Shown in pieces: positions 14,362 through 27,193 of a stretch of DNA of 64,000 bases. The notes beneath the pieces were generated by a model, which did not search any database, was not told the DNA's origin, and worked only from the letters and a program-made list of their open reading frames with translations. Positions within the stretch are counted from its first letter, which is position 1, and each line of letters begins with the position of its first letter. Source of the DNA: Octopus vulgaris (Eukaryota); the NCBI GenBank assembly GCA_951406725.2, contig OX597835.1, forward strand, positions 23,374,001 to 23,438,000, in the 5' to 3' direction. The translations under genes and the position numbers were made by a program.

Positions 14362-17300
14362 GCAATGAGTATCTAAGGATAAATTATCCTGGCGGGTACC
14401 ATACAAGTACTCAGGTATAGTCTAGGTTCAGGCTAAGTGCATTGAGTAATAAGAAGCATCTAGTATTACTTAGGGTGAGCAACCCCACTGTAATTAGGGT
14501 TAGGTCAACCTTTGGTCAACCTGAGCTATAGTAGAAGACATTGGCCCAAGGTGCCATGCAGTGGGACTGAACCTGAAACCATGTGGTTGGGAAGAAAAAT
14601 TCTTAACCATACAACCACACCTTTGTATAAGATATGACATTACATTGTATTCATTTGTCTAGATTACAAAATGTCAATTATTATTATTTGGGGTAAAAAT
14701 GTTCTAAATATATTCTGGAAAACAAGGTGGTTGTTACTGTCATTGAACATGATCTTACTTTTCCCCTTTCTGTAAATCTCTCTCTCCCTCTCTCCTCTCC
14801 TCTTTTATCTATCACAAATTTCTATGGTCACAATTTAGCAGGCAACTATACAATATAGTTTATTTATATCTTGCTGGGTTTTGTCTTGGTTACAATAGAC
14901 TTCAATTCCAGGGTTGTTAACATAAATACTATTGGCACAGGTGTGGCTGTGTGGATAAGAAGTTCACTTTCCAGCCACATGTTCTTAGGTTCAGTCCCAC
15001 TGCATGGCACCATGAGCAAGTGTTTTCAACTACAGCCCCAAGATGACCAAATACTTGTGAGTAGATCTGGTAGACAAAAACTGAAAGAAGCCCACAGTGT
15101 GAGTATGGGGTGGGGAGGTTATTCACAGCATGTAATGTTGGGCCATGGGGAAATATTACCTTACTTGGAAACAAGTGGAGGGTGGTGACAGGAAGGGCAT
15201 CCAGCTGTAGAAGTCAGTAACATACACCCACACAGACATGTACATATACGCAACAGGCTTTTTTCTGTCAGCTAAATCCACTAAGAAGGCTAGAGTAGAA
15301 GACACTTGCCAAAATTTCCATGTGGTTGGACTGACCTCAAAACTAAATGGTTGGGAAGCAAACATCCTACCATGGAGTCTGCACACACCTATATTTTCAA
15401 AAATTTCACATTCTCTTTCTGGAAATCATTACTTTTGCTAGGATCATTTAACATTACAAACATACCAAGAAATTGAAACATCTGGTTCAAGGTTTTCCAT
15501 GTGTTATTACTTTTAACTTACAAGCAATTGTTGCAAGCATGATTTTTTCTGTGGCTTTATTGGGCTAATGGGACATTCTAAAAATTTTAAACTTGAATGA
15601 CAGCTCAACCAACACTAGACTCTTTTTATCAATACTGTACTATATTTAAACTTTTATGAAGATCTTTCTTACTGTTGTTCACTCCAAAATAGAATGTTTG
15701 CTTCTATCAAACAAACAAACATTCCACTGTAAGCTAAAGTTTTATGCTGCTATCTTGCCTTGATGAATTCTGGCTCTAAATTAATGAAATGTCGTGGATA
15801 TATCTGCGGCTTTATATAGCTATGGTAAGACCTCACCTGGAATTTGCATCACCGGTCTGGAACCCCTATCTTGCCCAGGATATTAATCGTCTGGAAGCCG
15901 TTCAGCGACGTGCAACCAAAAGAATACCCTCCATCAGGCATTTGCCATATTCTGAACGCCTTAAAATGACAATGATAATGATACACATACTCATAATGAT
16001 AGGTAGAAATGTCTCCCCAATGACCTCAGCTCCTCTAATAGTTACTGGTTCTATTCCACTTACTTGTAAACCCACTGCACCCAACTCCTCCACTTCTCCC
16101 CTACTGGATCAGAGCATATCTGGGGTTTAAACAACACTAGAATTAAATAAGTGCTACATTACAGTTCTGTCTTACTTCTTAGCTGGAGAGACTTGTTAAA
16201 GAGTCTCCTAACAAACTGCCAATTATGCTCTACAAAGTGAATACCTATTTCTTTACTACCCACAAGGGGCTAAACATAGAGTGGACAAACAAGGACAGAC
16301 AAAGGATTAAGTTGATTACATCGACCCCAGTGCGTAACTGGTACTTAATTTATCAACCCCGAAAGGATGAAAGGCAAAGTCGACCTCGGCGGAATTTGAA
16401 AAAGTGAATACCTTCCCCTCAAACACACACACACGAGTTCAGGGTCACTAAACTGTGTTACTATGTTAGATCTCAGGAACGACTGTGTTAGATCGCAGGG
16501 CCAACTGCAAAGTTCCCTCTCCCCTGTCCACCTTTTTTCAAAACACCTCACTAAAAATGATCTGAAGCTTCACTCACCCTTACAGCCTCGATTCGGAATC
16601 CCAGTGATGCAGATGAACTTTGCTGTTCTCTAAACTGAAAAAGAAATAGGTCATATACATTTCATAGGATCAGAATAGGAAAGATTTCACAGCATAGAAG
16701 AAAATTAGAACACATTTCATAGTATAAAATATAAACAGGATGTATTTCAGATCTATAATAATAAAAGCAAAATTCTGTCTGTTCGTCAGGGACCCTTGTA
16801 TCTCAGTTTACATTTGCTCTACATAGACATGTTATACCTTTTTGGGAATCAGGATGATCCCAGGATTGCAAATCTGCCCTTCATTTGGTTCTTGAACATC
16901 TAACATTGGGATCTGATTTAAAAGCATTTGGGTTGCTATTTCTAGCAGGTTGATTCATGCTATCTTGGTTGGCAGATGACGTCAGAGATCAAGGGAGAGA
17001 TAAATGACATTTGCTTTGTTCATTGTACATTGAGATAAGAACTTTGGGACAAATTGGCCAACAATTGGAATTCAAACTGGGACAGTAGAATGATTGCATT
17101 ACAGAATCAATTCTCATCTGTCCTTAACCTCTGAACAAACAATAATAGATGTATTATAGACATGCTATTCAGCTCTCTATTAGTCCTATGCAGGAGCTAG
17201 CTCAAATGTCCGCAGAGAGTGTGGCTTTTACACTAATATAATAACATAGTAGTAAACAGGAAACATTTTACAATATAGGAAATAAATCAACAAACATTAC

Positions 17301-20300
17301 ATAGTAAAGAAGATAAATAAAAGCAGTAATGGTGGTGTAGTAGAAAATAATATACACTTTATAGCAAAGGAAACTAGCTAGCTTGCTTGCTATACTGTGT
17401 TTGGGAGACATTTGTAGAATTGATTTGTTTCTGGCTGGTCTGAAAATGGTAAATGAAGAGACATCCAGAAAAATTTGCAATTCATAGATCTATGCATTTG
17501 GTTTGTTACATGTGGCTCTTAGACTATCAGCAGAGTGAAATGTCTTTCAGTAAGATAATCAACATCCCAGTTCTACAACATGTTGTGTGTAGTTGCCATA
17601 TTTTGTAGATTTGACACAACCCACTGCATAGAAGTAGATAAATAAATAACAAAATAACATATGATGTAATAGGAGAAGTAATATAACTTGGAAAAGACAA
17701 TCATTGTCACTGTTTAATGTCTGTTTTTCATGCTGGCATGGGTTGGATGGTTTAACCGCAGTAGGCAAGGCCAGGGGCCACACCAAGTTCCATAGTCAGT
17801 TTTGGCTTGGTTTTTATGGCTGGATGTCCTTCCTAATGCCAACCACTGTACAGAGCATACTGGGTGCTTTTTACATGGCACCAGCACCCACACCAATGCT
17901 TTTTACATGGCACCTTGGTTTTAGGACCTCAGTTCTGTTGTGGCAGACAGGTCTTCTCAACTACATATCTCAGTAAATAAATAACTAATAAATAAATAGC
18001 ATACGATGGACAGTGTAACAGAAGTAATGTAACCCAGAAGAGGCAATACAAGAAATAATACATTGCTTAATCACTCACTGGGCAGAGTGGTGCAGTGGAA
18101 ACATGCTGGGTTCGTAACCCAGAGATCTGCAGATCAAAACTATGCTCTGCCAAGAAATGGTTACTATGTTTGATACTTATACATTCCATCTGGGTTGTCT
18201 ACAAATATACCAGCTTTGTACATGTATGCAGGCCTCCACAGTTAGGTACAAATTATATATTATGCAACAGAAATTTATAGAAGGTCAAGGGGGTCACCAA
18301 CTGGCTGGGGTTCACTGAAATCCAAGTAGAGTAATGGGCAAAGACAACAACAGGACTTTTCACTTTGTACATAAGGTAATCAGCAAACATTTCAAAGACA
18401 GAAAAAAGATCAATAATGATAGTATACAATGCAAAGAGTCCAAAGACTATAGAATTATTTAGTACTGAAGTTTACCTGCATATACCGAAGTTTGGTTAGG
18501 GCTTTTGCTTGTCTCTCCTGAGCTGTAGGTGCTGTTGGGTCAATCATTACCATCTTCTTAAATAAATCTGTCCTTAATGACTCGTTTATCACTTCTGATT
18601 CAAGAAATGTCCTGCAACGATATAACCAGCAGATGATATCTTAACTAAGATCTATCATAGCAATGATTCACAAAAGACTCTACAATAACTCACATCATCA
18701 ACATCATCATTCATTTAACCCCAACTTTACCATGCTTGCATGGGTTGAACAGAGCTTAATTTTAAAGTAGATTTCCTATGACTGAGGGCCCTTCCTGTCC
18801 CCTGTTTCCAAGCAAGTTAATATTTCTCGGGGCCAGACATGGTTCCATAAAATATTGGAAATCAAGACATTCGTTTACAACAAATGCACGACATTAATAC
18901 AAGGAGACTCATATGCACACACAGTGTGTGTGTACATAATGGGCTTCTTTCAGCTCCCTTCAACCAAATCCGCTCACAAGGCGGCCCAGAGTTATCGTTG
19001 AAAACATCTGACCAAGGTGGGACTGAAACTAAAACTATATGACTAGAAGCAAATAAGGCAGCGAGCTGGCAGAAACGTTAGCACGTCAGGCGAAATGCGT
19101 AGCCGTATTTCGTCTGTCGTTACGTTGTGAGTTCAAATTCCGCCGAGGTCGACTTTGCCTTTCATCCTTTCAGGGTTGATAAATAAAGTACCAGTTACGC
19201 ACTGGGGTCAATGTAAACGACTTAATCCCTTTGTCTGTCCTTGTTTGTCCCCTCTATGTTTAGCCCCTTGTGGGCAATAAAGAAATATATATCACTAGAA
19301 GCAAACTGCTTAACCACACAGCCATGCCTACACCTTTATGTCAATCAATTTGATGACCTTTTGAATGCAGTCTTGCATTCCTGTGTCTTGTAGCAGCAGT
19401 TGAGAGAGTCATATGCTATATGGATTCCACTTGAGTTTTGTAAAGAATTTATAGCTGTTGGTGGTTCTGAAGTATTTTTTGACCCTGAAGATCAGTTTTT
19501 GTGATGCAAATCTTGTGAAGCCATGTTGTGGGTATAAAGCCACCATTAGAAGTCCTGTGGCGACATCCAGCATTTAACAACTTTAAGAGTCTTCACCCCT
19601 TAGCATTCAGATTACTCTATCAAATGTGATGCTTATTTATTCACATTATTTTGAATTAATCTTGCATTATTTTATCCCTTCAAGGTTTTAATGCTGTGAC
19701 TGTAGGGCAGGTGTTAGAGGTAGGAGCTGGCCAATTTGAGCATAAAACAGGTAGAATATTTGGGCCAGATATAGGTGGTTTAAATGCTTAAAGGATTAAA
19801 GAAATTGGATGGAATTTAGTTTACCTGGTTCCTAATTTCATATCAATTATGTTCGGATCATGGAAATCTTCCAGCAAATTCTGAATTTCAATAAAATCTG
19901 AGAAGTGTTAAGGATTATTTCGAGTCATGATATTTCTGTATTTTTCACGTTTTTATAAAATATATTCTTTTCATTAAGGTATAGTTCTTAACTCAGAATG
20001 ACGAATACTACAGCCCTGAGCTTAAGCCTCACGGCAGTTAATTTGTGGCAAAGACAAAGCAGGTAACTGTGGTGATCTCAACTTGCAAGATGGACACAAT
20101 ATGATAGGGTGCTGAAAAGTTCCTAGCTTTAAACATATTGCGAAAGGCCTGGTTGGGGGCCCAACCATCCAAGTTCTTTTACAGGGCTTAGAAAAACTGA
20201 AGGACCACTACAATATGTGTGTTAATCTGAGAGGGGAATATGTTGAATAAGACCATAATTAACTGATCCTCCTGTATTTTCTTGTACCCAAAGCCAGGAA

Positions 20301-21332
20301 TTTTTCAGCACCCCCTTATAATTGACTACTGATTCCCAGTTAGATAGTCTATAGTAGAAAGAGCATGCACATGTAAAAAAAACATTTGTGTGAAAGAGAT
20401 AAAACACAACCCACTCATGCAAATAAGGACAAAATAAATGTAAAACATTTAAAAAAAATTATGTTTATATATTTTTTTGCTAGATTCCTGATGTGGAATT
20501 GTGTGTTGAAACAAATATTGTTATATTTGGGGATGGTTATTTTTTTTTCTTATCAAATAAACACACACGCCATATATTTGTTTTTCACTCGTTTATTATT
20601 GTTCTTATTTTATGTCCATTGTCTGGATATCTTTTGCCACACATCCTGTGACCTCTTCAGTAACACTCCATCCCACATGTGTCCTGTTCTCTTTAGTTCA
20701 TTCTGTTGCTGAAGAGGTCACAGGATGTGTGATGAAAGATTTCCAGACAATGGACACAAAATAAGAACAATAATAAGCAACTGAAGAATGAATATATACT
20801 GCGTGTGTTTATTTGGCAAAAAAAAAAAAAATGACCATCTCGAAATGTAATATTTAAAAATAAAAGAAACTAAAATACAATTGCATGGTTTTTGCAATGT
20901 CAAACATTTTCATGATTGTTAGAGCGTATATTTTTGCAGGTTTTCTTCGCTGCTGAATAACTCACCTTCTCTAACACCATCAAACCAGAGCAAGATCTTT
21001 ATTTGTATTTAGGATGATCCAGGTAAATTCAGAAACATGTACTTAACCCTTCAGCATTCAGATCACTCTGTCACATATTTATTTACACTGTTTTGACCCT
21101 CGGCAATATTCTGTGCTTGAGTTGACCTGTCAAGACAAGTGAGACCATAGTCGTGGCACGTAAAAAGCACCCACTACACTCTCAGAGTGGTTGGCATTAG
21201 GAAGGGCATCCAGCCGTAGAAACCATGCCAAATCTTTATATGTATATATTCTCATACACACACAAATATATACATAGAGAGAGAAAGATATAAACATATC
21301 TATAAATACACCACAATAATACATACATACAT

Positions 21333-21363
<31 letters not shown>

Positions 21364-24300
21364 TATACACCCAAAGTTCTTGGCAAGTCAGCACATCAGT
21401 TGAATTGATAGTGTGTATGTTATGAAGTGTCTATGTGTTTGTATATAAAAGGATACACTGCCCATGGTATTCAATCTGCTGGTAGAATTTAGGAACAATA
21501 GTCTTGGCTACATCAGTCTGTAGTTCTTTGTATGTTTGGAATTCGTTGCTGTCATCAGACAATCGTCTCTTCCAGATTGTGTTACTTGTGGCTGGAGCAA
21601 AGGTTTCTACAAGAGAGAAAAGTTTGGTTTTAACATTAATGTATTGTGTGTGTGTGGGAGGTGGGTACAATAGTTTATTTGAAGTATGTGAAATCATGTT
21701 TAAAGTGCTTTGGAAGGCCAGAATCTAGAAATAAATTTTTAAAAAACTGAAAATAAAAGCAATAGAAAAGCATATTATATAGGAAATCACACACATAGAT
21801 TATAATTTTAACAAGAAAAGCTGACAGTGACTTCAAAGTTAGGAAAATCAAAAATTCTTTAGTCTAATAAAGAGAACTTTGTCAACTGTATCATGTTAAA
21901 GTACTTTTGGTTTTCCAAACTTTATATACTTTTTGGTTTATCTGGTGGGTGGAGCAATATGGTTGCAAAATAGTTATGATATAATAGCACATATTTTAGT
22001 TTCTTTTACTATTTTTGTTACATAAAAAGTTATATTTTTATAGCTTCCTTACAAATAATATGCTAACCTGCTTAAAGGTATTGTTCCTTCAATAAGCATA
22101 TGACTTTTTTTATGTATATCAGACTACATGGATGGATGTTTGGATGGATGGATAGACAAACAGACTATGTCTTGCATAAATAGATAGAGCAACAGAAAAA
22201 TCTAAGTGTATATGAAGAACATCGGTGGCACGTAAAAAGCACCAACCGATCGTGGCCGTTGCCAGCTTCCTCTGGCCCCTGTGATGGTGGCACATAAAAA
22301 GCACCCACTACACTCACGGAGTGGTTGGCATTAGGAAGGGCATCCAGCTGTAGAAACACTGCCAGATCAGACTGGAGCCTGGTGCAGCCTCCTGGCTTCC
22401 CAGACCCCAGTCGAACTGTCCAACCTGTGCTAGCATGGAAAATGGGTGTTAAACAATGATGATGATATATATATATATATATATATATATGAGAATATAC
22501 ACAAAGCATATATTTTTATATTCTCTTACTGAACATCTTATGCTGGTGAATTGCCTTCAGACTTATTGTACTAAATAATTATTTATTTTACAGACCTTTC
22601 AAAACTGAAAAGTCAGACTAAGCATTATTTTAGCTCAGAATATAACCAAAATACATCCACCACTGCTGTGATCTATCATCCTCGTTTTTTTTTTCTCTCT
22701 GTGTGAGTGTCAAAATTGTAATGATACTTGGTCAATAACAGAGGAGTTGTTGATCATGTCTGCATCTGTTGTGTGCATGTTTTTCTTCCTGTTTTACTGT
22801 AAGTTCATTCGTCACCCCCCCCCCCCCTGTGCCACACTTTCATTTTGTGTGTGTGTTTGATATCATCATCATATAGTGTCTGCTTTCCATGCTGACATGG
22901 GTTAGATGGCTTGACTGAAACTGTTAAGCTGGAGAGCTGCCTCAGATTCCAGTCTGATTTGACACAGCTCCTATAGTTGGATGCCCTTCCTCACGTCAAC
23001 CACCCCAAGAGTATAATGGGGGATTTTTGTGTGTGTGTGTATATATTTATATATATATATAATGGATATATTGAGCAATGCCATGATATCTATACTGGAA
23101 TATATGGAGGATATATATATATATATATATATATATATGGGACAAGGAATGAAGAAGGTTCAAGGTTCTTAATCTTACTGACGTAAATAACCTAACAGTT
23201 TACAAAACTAACTCCAAAAATTTCAACAGTCACTTGATCACCAACCAATCAGACAAACAACGCACAAGCCATACTTAAAACTCACTGGGAAACAGAACAG
23301 ATGACTCCTTCTAAATATCAAATCCTTCACCAGTTTAGAATGTACCACTCAACACAGATCAGTGACAGGATTAGCTTAGATAAGGTACAGCTTGTGTTTG
23401 CACCAAAAAGAATTACCACCTATGCTCTCTCTTCCTAACGTGACAACTTCATAAAGAAGTTCATTGGTAAGAGCTGTAATTAGGTGGTTGCTAAAAAAAC
23501 TTTGGTGCTGGTTAATGGCTTGTGAGAGAACTGTGCAAGCCATGTACAGAAATGGTGTCTGCTAGGTGGGAGTTAGCAATGAGTTTAGCAAAGACTTCAG
23601 CATGCAGATAGGTATGGAATATACAGGTAAGTTTCATCATTATCATTTAATGTCCGTTTTCATGCTGGCATGGTTGCACAGTTTGGCAGGAGATAATCAG
23701 TTGAAGGGTCATTCGGGCTCTATGTCATGTCTGTTTTGGCATGGTCTCTATGGCTGGATGCCCTTTCAAATGTCAACCACTTTACAGATTGTATTGGGTA
23801 CTTATATGCAGCCCCAGCATGGGTGCTTTTTACAGGGACCCATGCCAGTGCTGCATTTAAGCACCCAGTAAACTCTACACAGAATAGGTTTAGTTCTCAG
23901 TTTCTTCCTGGTTATCATACTTTTCCAAAGCAGTTCAAGATCGGCTGTCTGCAGTAATTCCGGAACACAAATGACCTAGCTATCATAGTCAACACTGCCG
24001 AAGAATTAAAGAAGAAATTTCAAACTTGGAAGCAAATCCTTGAGTCAAAGGGTTCTAAGAAAAACAATACTTTTTGTTAGTAAAAAAGAAGACAAGACTA
24101 CTATTATTTAAGAAGTGTCCATGTTTGAGAAGCAGAAAAAGATGTAGACAGGAACTTCAAACAGTGTATCCTATATGAATTATGGGTGCACAAGTGATGC
24201 AGTGGAATCACAGACAGACTGACAGAGAAGGATGCTGTATATAGTTGAAGCACAAGAGTAGTTACCAATAAGAGCATCAATGAAATAAATTTCATCAAAT

Positions 24301-27148
24301 GCTCAGAATTTCCAGTGGAAGTAGTAAGCGGTTTTTGTTACCTAGGTGACATAACCACCAGTGGAAGAGGTTGTTCCAAAATCTGCATGGAAAAGGTTTA
24401 ATAAACTAGAGTCTCTGATGACGACAAAGAAATTGTTCTCCAGGTGAAGAGCAGATTGTATAATGCTTGAATGCAAAACATGATATTGCATGATAGCAAA
24501 ATATGAGCACTGAATATGGAGAATGATGAAGGTGGGAAAGAAATAAACCAAGTATGCTGTTTGATCATCATCATCATCATTATCATCATCATTTAGTGTC
24601 TGCTTTCCATGCTGGCATGGGTTAGACAGTTTGACCAGAACTGGTAAGCCGGAGAGCTGTACCAGGTTCCAGTCTGTTGCAGCATGGTTTCTACAACTGG
24701 ATGCCCTTCCTAATGCCAACCACTCCAAGAGTGTACAGGGTGCTTTTTACATGCCAGTTTCGTGACACTGGCATTGTATTGTTATTGTGAATGATTGCTA
24801 GAACCCAAGAAAAATTGAGCATAATAAAAATTAGCTGTGGTATGCAGGAGAAGAAACTACCCTGTTACAGTGATGTAATGTATATGATAAATAACAGTTG
24901 GGTTAAAGAAGTGCCAATTAATCTAACAGGGAGGAACATAAAAAAAAAAGACATAAAAAGAAATGGTCCAGATCAACATGATGATCTCAGAATGTTGAAC
25001 CTCAAGTGAGAGATAAGTTAAGTTAATTTTTTGGCTCAAAAAGCAAAAAGCAAGGCCATGTAGGGGGACATGGAGTTATGTACATGGAGGGTGTTCATGC
25101 AAAGAGTTCAGGCCATTTCTGGTCAAGAGAGACTTTGAACCGAGCGGTCGTCAGCATCTTCACTATCTCGTCCGGCAGCTTATTCCACGGATCCGCAACC
25201 CGGACGGAGATGTCAAGGGGTTGCAGGAAGCAGCAACATAGTGTACTGGAGAAAACCCTTTCAACCCATGTTAACATGGAAAAACAGGCTCAAATTGATG
25301 GTGCTTGTGACAATGGTATATGAGGTTGTCATTTATGCTGAGTGTTTGCTGACATGTTAAGTTGTTTAACCCTTTCGTTACTGTATTTATTTTGAGATGC
25401 TCTGTGTTTCTTTAAATTACTTTAAATATAACAAAGAATTTAGTAAAATAACTTGGGTATCATTCAGCTAGTGTTAGGAACATAAATTGTGACTAAGGTT
25501 TGGTGGAAGATTTTAATTCAAAACTTATGAAAAGAAGACATTTGTACTCAGAGCCAGAGCCGGTTTCAGCCGGTAATGAAAGGGTTAATGTTACTTATAG
25601 TTTCACAAGTAGCACAGGGTAGAATAATACTAATGTGCTGTACTATATAATTATGAATCTGTGGATAATTTAACATCATGATGATGATGTATTTTTCTCT
25701 TTCTTCTTTAGATATAACCAAGAATGGAAACAATTGAAGAAGTACACAAAACTATTTAGATATTTTGGGTCAGCAACCTGATATTATAATAGAACTTGAT
25801 AATAATATTTAGCACCAAATCAGTTCAAACAGTGTGTCTAGGACTAAATCATCCAAATTGTTTTTCGTTTTTTGAAAGAGACTAAGATTTAAGTGAAATT
25901 TGTTTGCTATTTGTAGCAGATCAAGCAATCACGTTGTGACTGTGCCTTGGTTCAAATACAAAATATGTATTATTTGGGTGGAGTTAGATATGTGAAAAAC
26001 TAACAGTGTTTATATTCTGAAAATGTGCTTTGTATTGTGGTTGTGTTTACCTCGTCGGGTTAGTATTATCAGCAAATACTTCACTAGGTTAGCACATAGA
26101 TAAACTTCTAGAACTAACAAATCTATTATAGCTTACTGCAAAAAGGTATGAGCAAACTGTAATACCTGAGTCTTTATTCTTTTTGTATGGCACACCTAAT
26201 ATCATCATAATAATAAAATAATAATGAAATTATTGTGTATAGTGCTCAGGTGTGCTACAACTCATCAAAGGTGCATGTACAGTACATAGAATTATGAACA
26301 AAAGTCAGGGAAGCGAACAGTGTATGAGTCATGATATACATGTATGCATGAGTATATGGACACAATAACATTTGACTAAAATTTTCATGGACTAAATTTT
26401 TAATAATTTTATTTCTTTTTCTCATTCATTAACACCATCCCAAGATTTGCTTCATATAGTTTGCTTAATGTATTGTATAACATATAACATTTGTTAAATT
26501 ATTTCTTAGTTGTGTGACCTGATTTAGTCCTATACATACTATGTCTGGACAACAAAATAATGATGATGGTTACAGCTGAAAAGTAATCTATAGTCTATAG
26601 ATATGCTTGCTCATACTGCACTGGGGTTACAAATCAGAAAACATTAGACAGTGCAGTCCTCCAAGATGTACTATGTCCAAAAGAAAACAAGATAGGTTCA
26701 GGCATGGCTGTGTGGAAAGAAGTTTGCTTCCCAACAACATGGTTTTAGGTTCAGTCCCACTGCAAAGCACCCTGGACAAGTGTCTTCTACTATAACCCCA
26801 GGCTGACCAAAGCTTTGTGAGTGGATTTGATAGGTGGAAACTCAAACAAGCCCTTTATATCTCGCTATCATCATCATCATTTAATGTCTCTTTTTCCATG
26901 CTGACATGAGTCGCACAGTTTGACCAGAGCTGGCAAGCTGCACCAGGTTCCAATCAGATTCGGCTTGGTTTCTATGGCCAGATGCCCTTCCAAACATCAA
27001 CCACTTTGCAGGGTGATTTTATGTGGCACCAACATGGGTACTTCTACAAGGCACTGGCACAGGTACTTTTTACATGGTGCCAGCACAGGGCTCTTACAGG
27101 TCAATCCTCTTCAGCAACGGGAGCAGTATTAACACTTCTCCTGTGGAG

Positions 27149-27193
<45 letters not shown>

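Larger units (their letters stand above)
19898..21456 (-). other. U12-type (minor spliceosome) GT-AG intron, 1559 nt
   Basis: 5' splice site GTATCCTTTT (21447-21456). Branch site TCCTTAAC (19907-19914) about 10 nt from the CAG acceptor, with no long polypyrimidine tract. Confidence 0.93.
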
